Assembly: GCF_964213995.1 (NCBI RefSeq)
Contig: NC_135803.1
Span: forward strand, 54,374,001-54,438,000
Direction of reading: 5' to 3'
Length of the DNA: 64,000 nt
Source of the DNA: Mustelus asterias
Lineage: Eukaryota
Position numbers and translations under genes: made by a program. The first letter of the stretch is position 1; each line of letters opens with the position of its first letter. Of the stretch, positions 1 through 11,984 are shown in pieces. Under the pieces are notes generated by a model. The model had not been told where the DNA came from. It did no database searches and saw only the letters and a program-made list of their open reading frames with translations.

Positions 1-2659
1 TGTGAACTGCCAGTCACCTGAGAGGAGGATAATTGCGCACTTTTCGGGCTGAACTTGTGCTTGGTTTCCAAAAGTAGCTGGCAACTCTGATAATACAAGC
101 TTCTACTACTTGAAAACACTAATAAGCTTGATTAAAGCACTGACATAAATGATTTTTAATAGAATCCAAAAACATTTAACCTACAGAGTAACAGCGAGAT
201 CAATTTGTTTAGCAGTTAAAAGCTTATTGATTAAATTTAACCAGAAAAAAGGTCCAAGTGTTAATTATGTTTCTGAGAAGCTCTAACAAACAGTTCCTCG
301 TTTCTTTAAATGCATTGTATTTATACTTTTTTTTAATACAGTTTATAGTCTTTGCAGTCAGGGGCTCTGCTCCAGGCTTCAATGTAGATAGGTTTAATTT
401 CATTTTCCAGTTGCTACGTAACTTAATTTCATTAGCTAAGACCTGTTGAGTCTATTCACTGTAGTAGGATGCACTTGAAATGAAAAGATGCTTTCACTTC
501 CCAATTAACAGAATCATTCGCTTTCAACTAAAATGAATGTTATTGAAACCAATTAATGTGGACTGGAAAATCTCTCATTAATGAGGGGAGTGTGGGTGAG
601 TAAACAGCAATGAAAAGATGAAATTAGAGAAGAGCCTCTTCTTGTTGGCCTGGAATAATTACACGCTTAGTTGACTAATTGTCTGGTAAAAAGCATTGCA
701 GTGATAGTAACAGATTGCCACATTCATTAGGCTGCAAAAGGCCACCTGCTGCAGGGCCTCATTTGCTTCCAGTCTTTATACATGTGTTTATCCCGAGGGG
801 TTGATATTAGGACATAACATTAGCTGTGAAAGGCAAAGCAGCTTGCCAATATGCTGCAATATTGTGTCCTTTATGCAAAATACAGGAGCTTAATATGTCA
901 ACTGTAATGAATAAAACAAACAGTAATAATTCAGTATGTAACAAAAGTGATCTCATAATATGACATTATAGTTTCATTTGGCACATAGATGAATCATTTT
1001 GCAACCAAACGTTGTACTTCCAATGGTTACATTTATAAAAGTGTATAAAACTTAGCCCAAGCGAAAGAATTTCTCAAAAATAACACAACTGGCCAAGTAT
1101 TCTGCTGTGCTATGGTTATCATATATAGTGTTAGATTTTGAATGAGAGTGGAGTTGTACTACCGCATGATACCTGCGTGAAGTAACCATAATTTTGATTC
1201 AATCACGTCATGTGACAGTAGAGCCTCCAATATGTAGAATCTTTGACTCAATCAAGTCTGATCCAGAATTGTTGGCCAAACTGTTCTTTTTCTGGATTAA
1301 GCTCTATTCCATGCAATTGTCTGATTAAAATTGTAACCAAGGTGTTTCTTGATACATCTTTTCTTAGATCTAAAACTCTCAAAGGATATTGTTCTGAAGT
1401 CAATTTGAAACAAAATGAAGGAGAGTGATTCACTGGCATATTAAACAAGCAAATCTGGACCACTTTACTCCTCCAAAGTTTGCTTTGGTGCATTAAAACT
1501 TAATTACAGCAACCCCAATCCAATCATATTACTCAGTGGATTGTGCTGAATTTCATATTTCTCCAAATGTTTTTCCGTGCTCTTCCTTTCTCTCTCCACT
1601 GAAACCACAGATTGAACCATTTCAATTAGATCGACATATACTGCAATCCTATCATAATGGATTTAGCTTTTTAATTACATTCATTGCTATTGAACCATTT
1701 TAACAATACCTTCACCTGCTCATCATACTTATCTTACAAATAATCTCCAGCATGCCCAAGAGTGCAACACTCTATGCAATCCAGACCATGTAAATTCAAA
1801 TACTCTCTCCAAGGGGATGTTGTTGATGCTACCATTCATACAGCGTTCAAAGAATGTTGAATTATAATTTTCCAAATGCCACAGTAAATATCAATTAACT
1901 GTACACAAATTGAGAGGGCCACGCTTCCAGCAGTGAAAAATTTTAAAACCAGTTTAATTCTTGATTGTTTATGAGTGGCAGCATTTCATTTTTCTCAGAA
2001 CTTCTGATAAACACACACAGCACTAGATATAACGGAACCAGATTGTCGGAGGTCCCTTGTGTCAACTGCAAGCAAGCAAATCTTGGCCCCCTTCTATATA
2101 GCATCAAACAGATGCATCTGCCATAACCTTTCATTCTGTTCTTTGGTACCTGGTGAACCCTCAGGCCTCTAGAAGATGGATCTGAATGTTAGGACAAATA
2201 TTTTGGGCCTTTTTTTTACTGTTCCCTTTTTAACTAGACTGGTTATTATAATGATGAATAAAATATAACATTCACAAATGTTCCACCGAATAACCCTTCC
2301 AGATGCTAAGTGGTTTGTCAATAATACCTTGTCAAACATGATGATTTTTTGTACTATAGAAATTACGCATATTTATTTGCTTCCAGAGAGTCCAAAATTT
2401 CTATTTTTAAACTGAACAGACCTATTTCAAAAAGATGCAGTTTTTAATCCAAGCTTTCATCTGAATGACAACATACTGTTATCTGCACATAGGTAGAACA
2501 TTTTACTTTGTTAGTTATATTTATTGTACTTAAAAACAAAATTATACTCAAATTTAACTTAACTTATTTAATTAATTTAATGTATTCCACCATAGCTGTA
2601 AAAAAAAAAATTCCACCTCAACGAACAGTGGACAGAGTCTTCCCAAGAAGTGACATACA

Positions 2660-4245
2660 CTGAAATCTTGCTACAATTCATGCTGGTGGGATCTTATTGT
2701 CCCACTGATGGCGCATCCCAGCCACAGGTTTCCCGGCAACAAGGGGTGCATTCAACGGGAAACCCCGTTGACAGCGGCAGGACTATAAGATTCTGCCATC
2801 AGTGAGCGCGCACCATAGCCCACTCCATGAACCATGCAGTGGAGTGGGAGAAAAATCCCATCCAAAGGGCCGACCTTACCAAAAGAAAATTCTAAGTGCT
2901 GAACGAGTGTGAAAACGAGAGAGAGAATCACGCCCATTTTATTCGGTGAGAGAAAAATTCAATCTTATGCCACTGAGAGAAAAAAATGAGGCAAAGTGTG
3001 ATTCTTGCCAGTCGGGGCTGTGCACAGAGTCTATTCACACTGGGAAGCCAGCTACTGACCGCTGGAGAGCGCCATTGCGCATGTGCATGATCTCCCAATG
3101 CACTAAGTACAATAATAGATTGTGCATTGGAAGATTGTCACTCCCCCATTCCCCTGGAAATTGCCTTCCACACCCACCATGATCATGGTTCCCCCTCCCA
3201 CCATCCCACTGATTGTGGCCCCCAGGGTCCTAAGCTGGCAGTGCTAGGCTGGCAGTCCCCCCGCCCTGCCCCCAATTACCCGTGGGCTCAGTGGCCTCCG
3301 GTTGCATCGGCGCAGCCATCACATCTGGTCCCCGTTGCTGGGGACTATACGTGATCCTTGCTGGTGAGGGCCTACACCAGCGAGGCCATTAAGGCAAGTG
3401 AGCCCAGGCAATTATGTCCCAGGCTCATTAATAGTATTATAATTCTAGTTTAAATATTTAAATCAGCCTCATGCCATTCCCAGACACGAGTCTGATCACA
3501 TCAGCAATCCAGTACCAGCGTCATTGCGAGAGGCCAGAAACTGGGCGCGAACTATCACTGATGGACCAGCATGATGAGCCAGTACAATCGCCTGCACAGT
3601 GTCAGGTTCTGATTGAAAAGTGTTGTGTTTCTCCGGATCTCATGACACTTGGCCATTTTAAAGCATTTTTGCACTGTCATTTTAGGCCTCGTAACTCACA
3701 AACGCCAGCAGAAACCACGTGCCATTTTTAGAGGGCGCCCTGATCTCAAATTAATGTTAAAGACCTCCTCCTATTCCCTGACTTTGGGGCATCCCCCCAA
3801 TCACCAGCAATGGTCCCCCACCCCTAATCGCCCACATTAGGGCATTGGTGCCCCCGTCCATCACCTGCGCCCCCCTCCATATGAAATGAACCCTCATTAT
3901 GGGGTAGCCTTTGGTCCCACCCCCTATAGCCCCCCTCCCCCTAGCAGTGCCAAGAGACAGTACCCTGCCATGTCCCTAACCACACTGGCCTCCACAGCCC
4001 GCACCGCCCCCCCCCCTCCCCCCGGCCCCGGTCATAACAACGTTTCCATTTTTGGAAACCAGTAGCGATTCCCGCTGGCGGGTAATCAAGTTCACACCCA
4101 GCGAGGATGTGAATCTGATTATGTCATTGGCAGTGGACAGGGAAAATCTCATTTTGACATCTCCCCAATGCAAAGTACAACCCTCTCGCCAAAGTTTCCA
4201 GCCATAGTGGGATTTGCATCTGCCATGAATCGGTCAGAAAATCAG
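2660..4245. mobile_element. Cluster of non-autonomous Harbinger-like/MITE-like DNA elements
   Basis: GC-richer block. The start at 2867 (GGGCCGACCTTACCAAAAGAAAATTCTAAGTGCTGAA) resembles the left ends of the elements at 38395 and 60627. No coding remnant recognised; boundaries approximate. Confidence 0.45.
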
Positions 4246-4473
4246 TATGACACAAGAAACTTACACAAGTAATGGCATACATTACGAAACCTTTAGATAT
4301 TGAATATCCTTTGGCTCTTTAAGAATGCATCCATGCTTTCTGGCCACAATAGTTGCAGCAAGACTTTAGAGAGCTATTTTTAAGTCGATAAGCTGAATTT
4401 TTAAATGGCTGGAGAGGACATGTTTGTTTGGAGTGTGGGAGGAAACCGGAGTACCCAGAGGAAACCCACGCAG

Positions 4474-4775
4474 TGCTGCCTCACAGTGCCAGGGACCCGG
4501 GTTCGATTCCCACTTGGGGCCACTGTCTGTGTGAAGTTTACACATTCTCCCCGTGTCTGCGTGGGTTTCCTCTGGGTACTCGGGTTTCCTCCCACACTCC
4601 AAACATGTGCGGGTTAGGTGGATTGGCCATGCTAAATTGCCCTTTAGTGTTAAGGGGACTAGCTAGGGTAAATGCATTATAGAGATGGGGATAGGGGCCT
4701 GGGTGGGATTGTGGTCGGTGCCGATTCGATGGGCCAAATGGCCTCCTTCTGCACTGTCGGATTCTATGATTCTAA
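4474..4775 (+). mobile_element. HE1-type V-SINE (CR1-type tail), 5' end replaced by an inverted copy of its own body
   Basis: B box GGTTCGATTCC, V-domain GGGTTTCCTCTGGGTACTCGGGTTTCCTCCCAC, tail TGCACTGTCGGATTCTATGATTCTA. Confidence 0.9.
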
Positions 4776-5316
4776 CAAAATAAATAAGAATAAATCAAAG
4801 GAAAAAAAGCAACTATTATAGTTTCAAATTATGTAATCTGCCTGCTTTTTCAGTGCGAAGTCTGAAAACCCAAAGGTTTGCAAGGAAAGACTGGTGAAAC
4901 GACTGTTATTTTGCAATGTTCTTTTTATTTCATAGATGTAAAAATAGATAGAATGTTTTCAGTATTAATTATCATACAAATAAACAATAAATTAGACAAA
5001 ATGAGGAATAATGGAACATGGAAAGAATCAAAGTCCTCCTCCGAACCCCCCACACCAGCACCACTCTTGTCTAACTGTATCCAAGCAGATTCAATGAAGC
5101 AAATGCAACAAATTGCATCAAGTCTTAATAATACACGTTTGTGTGGTCAGACCACTGAAAGTGAAGTATCAGAGTACTCATTCTGTTCTTCCCTGGACAA
5201 ACGAAGTGTTAGAAATAGACGGCACTTCTGACAGATTGAGAAAATGGGCACAGGCCTTCAACAAAAAGCATGCTAAAATTGAGTAGAGCAGGCGAGGCTG
5301 ACTGGCTGATATTTCT

Positions 5317-5430
5317 GTTCCGATGAAAGTTTCATTATCAAAATATTAACCTGTTTTTCCCTTTTACAGATGGTGAAAGGTTTGCTGTTTATTTCCAGCA
5401 TTTTGTTTCAAATTTCCAGCATTTGCAATC
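5317..5430 (+). mobile_element. Degenerate Penelope-like element end fragment (hammerhead family 2)
   Basis: GTTCCGATGAAAG...AAAATATTAAC followed by ACAGATG...TTTCCAGCATTTT; same layout as 12138 and 50935/51826. Confidence 0.5.
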
Positions 5431-5454
5431 ATTGTTTTATTTATTAAAGTGCAG

Positions 5455-6560
5455 CATTAGTTTCACCCAACTCTATCTCATCACCATCTCTCGACTCCCT
5501 TCACTGTCGCTAAATTATCAGACTACTTTTCCGACATCCAGTACCACCACAAGCAGAGATTTCCTCCAATTAAATATTGGGAAAACTAAAGCCATTGTTT
5601 ACAGTCCCCAACGCAAACTCTGTTCCCTAGCTACCAACTCCATTCCTCTCCTTGGCAACAGTCTGAGACTTAACCAGACTGTTCACAACATTGGTGTTAT
5701 TTCTGACCCCCGATATAAGCTACCAACCACATTTTGCACCATCACTAAGACTGCTTTTTTCCATCTTTGTAACACTGCCCAACTTCATTGGTTGCTAATA
5801 CCCTAATTAATGCCTGAACTATCTCGAGACTTGACTATTCCAATGTATTCCTGGCTGATGTGCCACATTCAACCACCTGTGAACTTGTGGTCATCCAAAT
5901 CTCTGCTGTCTGTGACCTAACTTGCATCTTTCCATTCAACTCTCCGCCACCCTCCCATCACCCCTCTACACTCCATGCCTGGATATGTGAGTCATTGTCA
6001 TATTTTGTTTCATCATACTTCCATGGCATACATTGGGACATTTTATTTTTGTCAAATGAACTCTATAAATATTAGTTGTTGTATTCTTCCTAAGTAATGT
6101 GCAAATTTTACACTGACTTCACAAAATATAAGGATGCATAATGGCTTTCTCAAATGTAAGGCAGGCAATGGCTTTATTTAAATTTCTCATCCTTGTTTTC
6201 AAATCCCTCCATGGCCTTGCCCTTCCCTATTTCTATAATCTCCTCCAGCCCTACAACCCTCTAAATTACGTTACTCATTTAATTCTGGCCAGTCAAGCAT
6301 CCCTAATTTTAATCCCTCCACCACTACTGGTCATGCCTCAGCTATCTGGCTCTAAGCACTGGAATTCCGTTCCAATATTGCTTTGTCTCCTTACCTCACT
6401 TTCCTCTTTTAAGATGCGCCTTAAAACCTATCTCTTTGACCTTGTCTGATCTAATATCTCTTTATGTGAGTCATTGTCATATTTTGTTTTATCATACTTC
6501 CATGGCATACATTGGGACATTTTATTTTTGTTAAATGAACTATATAAATATTAATTGTTG
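5455..6560 (+). mobile_element. L2/CR1-group LINE 3' fragment (decayed RT C-terminus and tail)
   Basis: Translation RDFLQLNIGKTKAIVY and FKFLILVFKSLHGLALPY; tail TTAAAACCTATCTCTTTGACC. Confidence 0.75.
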
Positions 6561-6891
6561 TATTCTTCCTAAGTAAAGTGCAAATTTTACACTGACTTCA
6601 CAAAATATAAGGATGCATAATGGCTTTCTCAAATGTGAGCTTAATGTTTAATAAATAAATACAATTCTATAGAACAGGCCTTGATCATAGTTTGGTGTCA
6701 CATCCAGCACATATTATGGATGAGTTTGAACTGCTGTTAAATTTGGATTTGAGCTCTTTTTGTAAAATGGAGGCTTGCTCGTGAACTCATTACTTCAAAA
6801 AAGAGAAAATCTGTAGTGGTCATTAGTTTATTTAAAATGTTAACATTACTGCTTTCCTCCAGCCATCTCAGTCACTGCCAAAACAGAGAGT

Positions 6892-7074
6892 CATAAGGTG
6901 CGAGATGCCAGCATTGGACTGGGGTGGGCACAGTAAGAAGTCTCACAACACCAGGTTAAAATCCAAAAGGTTTATTTGGTATCACTCACCTGATGAAAGG
7001 GCAGCGCTCCGAAAGCTTGTGACACCAAATAAACCTGTTGGTCTTTAACATGGTGTTGTGAGACTTCTTACTGT
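6892..7074. mobile_element. Penelope-derived hairpin element, copy 1, with 11-bp TSD
   Basis: Inverted arms 6930-6985 and 7019-7074; direct repeat AAACAGAGAGT at 6881-6891 and 7075-7085. Confidence 0.8.
6986..7022 (+). ncRNA. Minimal type I hammerhead ribozyme motif
   Basis: TCAC-CTGATGA-A-AGGGCAGCGCTCC-GAAA-GC-TT-GTGA: stem I TCAC/GTGA, CUGANGA and GAAA core boxes, short palindromic stem III. Confidence 0.7.
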
Positions 7075-7114
7075 AAACAGAGAGTGGCATCGGTTTTTTA
7101 AAAGTTTTTTTCTA

Positions 7115-7403
7115 TGTCCCAAGTAGGCTTTCATTAACGCTGCAATGAAGTTACTGTGAAAATCCCTTAGTCGTCACACTCTGGCGCCTGTTTGGGTACA
7201 CTGAGGGAGAATTTAGCATGGCCAATTCACCTAACCTGCACATCTTTGGATTGTCAGAGGAAACCGGAGCACACGGAGGAAACCCATGCAGACACTGGGA
7301 GAATATGCAGACTTCTCACAGACAGGGACCCAAGCTGGGAATCAGACCCAGGTCCCTGGCGCTGTGAGGCAGCAGTGCTAACCATTGTGCTACCATTCCA
7401 CCC
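7115..7403 (-). mobile_element. HE1-type V-SINE, alternative tail B
   Basis: Reverse complement of tRNA head plus V-domain; tail CAGTAACTTCATTGCAGCGTTAATG. Confidence 0.9.
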
Positions 7404-8184
7404 TTGCTGCATTGCAGTTTCAAATGTTTCCAGACCTTCTGGTGTATCCCTAGACCTACAATACATGTAATTGAAACTATTTCAGTTATTTGTTTTAAGC
7501 AGGATGATTCTCACAATAAGATATTGAAAGTTCAAACAGTTAAAATGACTTGTGTTAATTTGGCTTATCTTATTTTCTGATTGTGTACTACTATTTAAGC
7601 AACGGCCACACATTATATAATTGGAGGAAAGGAGACTGAAGAAGTTACTAAGCCAATACTGAGACAAAGCCAAATTAATCTCAACCTCGAGAATTAACCC
7701 AGGGTACTTCAGTGGTCATGTCATTTCAAGAGCACAACTTAATTTAGCATTTTTGCACTGTTCAGCTCCCAGACAGTCTCCTTGTGTCTTCATCAGTATT
7801 CATTCTTCAAAATAAAATTAACACTGCAATACTATCACATAGGAAAAAACATTGAAAAGTCTAAATTAGAAACCAGTTATTTTTGAAAGGTAGTTTTATA
7901 GATTCCTTTTTACACCACTTGTTCCATGATTTATGTAAATTTTCCCAGCCTTAACTTTTCCAACTACTGCATTTTCTCTGAGGGACCAATGCTCCCATGC
8001 GATATTCTCCTGGGCATGATTTCTCATTACTATGCATAGCAAGAGGAGAACAATCAGTGTGAAACTGATAATGAGAAACCACAGACAAAAACAAGCTGAA
8101 TGGAGCTATTAGTGACGAAAAACACACAATAGGAGCAATCTGTATAGGACTGGCAGTGATGTACAAGAACAAGATCACAAGATA

Positions 8185-8710
8185 ATTATAGATTGAGGAA
8201 AGCCATTCGGCCCATTTTGATTCACCAACCTTGAGAGATGCTAATGTTCACTAACCGTACCATCAGGCTGTTTGTTAAACGATCTTTGTGCTGTTGCCTG
8301 CGAAACTGGAATGTCATCCTACACATTGATCATTCTGTGTGTGATATTTGCTCAGTTAAAACTTGTGTTCCCTTGTTCTTCTTCCACATGTTTTCTATTG
8401 CTCTAATTATCTTATATGTACTTCTACAAGATCAGCTCTCAGTTATTTCTTTTCTAGGCTGCAAAGCCCAACATTCTTTCAAACTCAAGACACTGAGGTT
8501 CAACTTTGTGTTCTTCTCTGCTTTGCCTCCAGGTCTTGACTGCCTTCCATTTCTTGGTGACCCAGAATTAAATATAGTGCTCATGATGTGGTCTGGCCAG
8601 AGCATTAAATAAATGTGATCATTATCTCCTCAGGTGTACTTCTTTGGTCTCCACAGTTAAAAATATTATTTATTTTGTTGGTTTCTGCTCTGCTTTGATT
8701 GGACAAGGCA
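8185..8710 (-). mobile_element. Old CR1 LINE 3' fragment
   Basis: GCCATTCGGCCCAT CR1 3' end motif; degenerate RT C-terminal sequence on the minus strand. Confidence 0.5.
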
Positions 8711-9034
8711 GATAGAATCATAACTAAGAAGATGCAGATTTAAAGTAATCAGCATTGATCTATACTAAGACAACTTAGGGTCAGAGCAATCAGCCTGTAA
8801 CTACAAGTGAGTAAGCTCAAGATCCTAGGAAAACTCACAGTCGTGTCAGCAGGAGTTCACCTTACAGGCACACTCAACTTTTGCTCCAGTTAGTTTATGT
8901 CAAGAAAACTCACAACATCCAATAGGTTAATAAGCATGGGTGGAGATAATCTTTCTTTTGAAGGAGTACCGTTCTTCAGGACTCAAAGATAAAAGTCAGA
9001 CAAGTACACTAACATAATCAGAAAAAAAAACGCT

Positions 9035-9280
9035 GAGTGGGATTTTACAGCTCTTCCCACCAGTGGGATCTTCCAGTCGCGTCAAAGGCAACCCCACATG
9101 AAGGAGGGGGGGGGGGGGTTTCCCCACTGGCGCAACAGGCAAGCTATGGAAGATGTTTGTAGATGTCAACAGGACCAGAAGATTACACCAGTGGCAAATG
9201 ACACTTTGTCACTGCCATCGGAAAACATATCACTCACTGGGATTGGGGGGGGGGGGGGGGGGGCAATAAAATCCTGCCTT
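9035..9280. mobile_element. MITE-like element
   Basis: Ends GGGATTTTA...TAAAATCCTGCC are inverted; internal poly-G runs; similar to 2660-2865. Confidence 0.5.
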
Positions 9281-9394
9281 ATATATTTAATAAAATCAAA
9301 ATAGAGCAAGAAAGCAATAATGTGACGTATCACCTAAATCAAGCAATGGACAGAAGTATATAAAGAAATAGAAGATATTAAGGATAAAGTGTGT

Positions 9395-9690
9395 GGTGGT
9401 ACAGTGGCACAGGGGTTAGCACTGCTGCCTCACAGCACCAGGGTTCAATTCCAGACTTGGGTAATTGTTTGTGCGGAGTCTACACGTTCTCCCCCTGTCT
9501 GGGTGGGTTTCCTCCGGGTGCTCCGATTTCCTCCCACAATCCGAAAGACTTGCTGGTTAGGTACATTGGCCATGCTAAATTCTCTCTATGTACCCGAACA
9601 GGTGCCAGATTGTGGCAACTCGGAGATTTTCACAGTACTTCATTGCAGTGTTAATGTAAGCTTACATGTGACACTAATAAACTTAAAACT
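9395..9690 (+). mobile_element. HE1-type V-SINE, tail B
   Basis: GGTACAGTGGCACAGGGGTTAGCACTGCTGCC head, V-domain, tail TTCATTGCAGTGTTAATGTAAGC...ACTAATAAA. Confidence 0.9.
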
Positions 9691-10799
9691 GAAAGTTTCA
9701 AGATAAATAGAGAGTGTAATTCACGATCATACTGAATAGTCAAGGCAAATAGTTAAGTACATGAGGGAGAAAGGAACAGAAGGATATTTTGAAAGGGTGG
9801 GATGAAGATATGGAAGGCACATGTGAAACATAAATGCCAGCACACATCCTGTTGGGCCAGATGGCCTATTTCTGCACTATAAAATTATATACAATCCTAT
9901 GAGCAGTACTTCAAACTAAATCATGAGAGTCGAATAATGGGGAACAGATTGAAACATAGAAATGATGGCAGAAATTTCTTGCTTGACATAAAAAACGATT
10001 ACCGCATGCAATGAACTTCTAAGTAGAGTGATGAAAGCAAAAATCCTGGGAATATTTTTTTTAAAAAGTAATAATGGGAAACTCCAATCTTGCTTAGCAA
10101 TGGATATAATGAATGACATAAAATAGAGGCATGCACAGGGTCCTATATCTTGCATGTGACCTGATTTGTGTATGCAATCTCCACACGTGGCATCTAGACA
10201 TTCCAGGATAATTTAACAAGCTTGATATAAATCTTCAGAAAGGTTATTTCTTTTTTAAAAATTCTGAATATTTGAAAATCATATTTGATCAGATTTTCAT
10301 TTCAAATGCTTCAACTATAAACGATCACAGACAAGGTGGGAAATTGGAAAACTTGCGTAGTTAAGAATGAATGTTGATGACAACAGCTTCCCTCAGCCTT
10401 CCAGAAAAATATTTATAAATATAGTTACAATAAATGTCAAAATAGAAAATAAAGTAACCAGCGTGCTGCAAATTACAATCAGTCTTAATTAAATAATCAT
10501 GAATGAAGCACAATCGTTGTCAAGTACAAATTATTTAATTATAGTCAAGAAGGCAGATTAACACAGAAGGCAATGAGCTCCGTAAGATGCCAGAAGACCA
10601 GCAGACTTATCATAATTATGTACTTCTGAAAGAATAATTTAGACCAGACGTTAGCAAAAATTTGTGGACATGAACCAGATAATTTAACATTTCTAATATT
10701 TAGGAGTGAATTTATAAGGTTGAATCTGGGATAATTAAATCAGTGCTTTTTAAACTTGAAATTCTTTTATGAAACTCAGGCCTTCCTGCTGGAGGAAGA

Positions 10800-11250
10800 A
10801 CAGAAATAATCTGCATTTAAAAATTGCTTTTCATGTGGTACAATGTTCCAATGCACTTCAGAGGAGCATGGTCAAACAAAATTTTATTGTATCATGGAAA
10901 CCCACGAAATAATAGCAGGGGTAGGCCATTCAGCCCCTCAAGCCTGCTCCACCATTCAATATGATCATGCCTGATCTTCTATCTCAATGCCATATGCCCG
11001 CTCTCTCAGGAGGCATCAGCACAGATGGGTAGGTTTTAAGGAGTTTCTTAAAAGAGGGAGAGGTAGAGGGGTGAGAGATTGTGATTATGAATTAGAGAGC
11101 TGAAGGCTGGTGGAGTGATGAAACTGGAGATGCACAAGAGACTAGAATTGGAGGTCTTAGAGTTCTCCAAAGGGCTCAAGGAGGTTACAGAAGTAAAGAT
11201 GGGCAAGGTGATGGAGAGGTTTGAAAACAAGGTAAGAATTTTAAAATTAA
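10800..11250 (-). mobile_element. L2-group LINE tail fragments interrupted by a CR1 3' end (about 10905-11005)
   Basis: Reverse complement of the L2 tail seen at 6400-6560; GTAGGCCATTCAGCCCCTCAAGCCTGCTCCACCATTCAATATGATCATG is a CR1 end. Confidence 0.6.
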
Positions 11251-11540
11251 GTTACTTTGATCTCCATTTCGCTGCTATTCTGTGAAATCAAACTCATGGA
11301 TTATTCTGTAACTGAGACCAGTTTTCTCCACTTGTACAAATCTTCCTCCTTCTACATTTGCCTCTATTTGTTGCAAAAGCCAGGGTCAAAATCCATGGAT
11401 TGAATACTCTATGGGTGATAGGCTCTCATCTTCAACTCGGCCTAAATACTGCACCCCATGTTTCCAATTACCCAAAATTAGCATTCTCATTACTCTTTAC
11501 AGTCACCAATCTCCATTGGTTCCCTATGAATTAACTCCCA

Positions 11541-11653
11541 CCATGCTAGTCTGAAAACACCCGATCGTGTCTGATTTTGGAATCTAAGCAGACTCAGGCC
11601 TGGTTAGTACTTGCATGGGAGACTGCCTGGGAATACCAGGTGCAGTAGGCTTT
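11541..11653 (+). pseudogene. 5S rRNA pseudogene (about 8 nt missing at the 5' end)
   Basis: CCATGCTAGTCTGAAAACACCCGATC...CTAAGCAGACTCAGGCCTGGTTAGTACTTGCATGGGAGACTGCCTGGGAATACCAGGTGCAGTAGGCTTT matches the vertebrate 5S sequence, with CpG decay and substitutions in box A and box C. Confidence 0.92.
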
Positions 11654-11942
11654 GGGCGGCACGGTGTCTCAGTGGTTAGCACTGCTGCCTCCGGGTTCAA
11701 TTCCGGCCTTGGGTCACCATCTGTGTGGAGTCTGCGCATTCTCCCCGTGTCTGTGTGGGTTTCCTCCGGGTGCTCCAGTTTCCTCCCACAGTCCAAAGAT
11801 GTGCGGGTTAGGTGATTGGCCATGCTAAATTGACGCTAGTATCACAGGATTAGCTGGGTAAATACGTGGGATTGCGGAAATAGGGCCTGGGTTGTGGTTG
11901 GTGCAGGCTCAGTGGGCCACGGGGCCTCCTTCTGCACTGTAA
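11654..11942 (+). mobile_element. HE1-type V-SINE fused directly to the 5S pseudogene
   Basis: Begins GGGCGGCACGGTGTCTCAGTGGTTAGCAC immediately after the TTT end of 5S; V-domain; CR1-type tail GGCCTCCTTCTGCACTGT. Confidence 0.9.
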
Positions 11943-11984
11943 CTTCAAATGATGGCAGTGGTTCTGCTGTTAGTATTTGCACCT

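Noticed and set aside
5370-5379. Micro-exon ATGGTGAAAG between AG and GT
   Set aside because: Lies inside a Penelope-derived repeat; weak donor; not frame-preserving.
11541-11653. Functional 5S rRNA gene
   Set aside because: 5' end missing, internal promoter substitutions, single copy not in a tandem array, only three T residues at the end.
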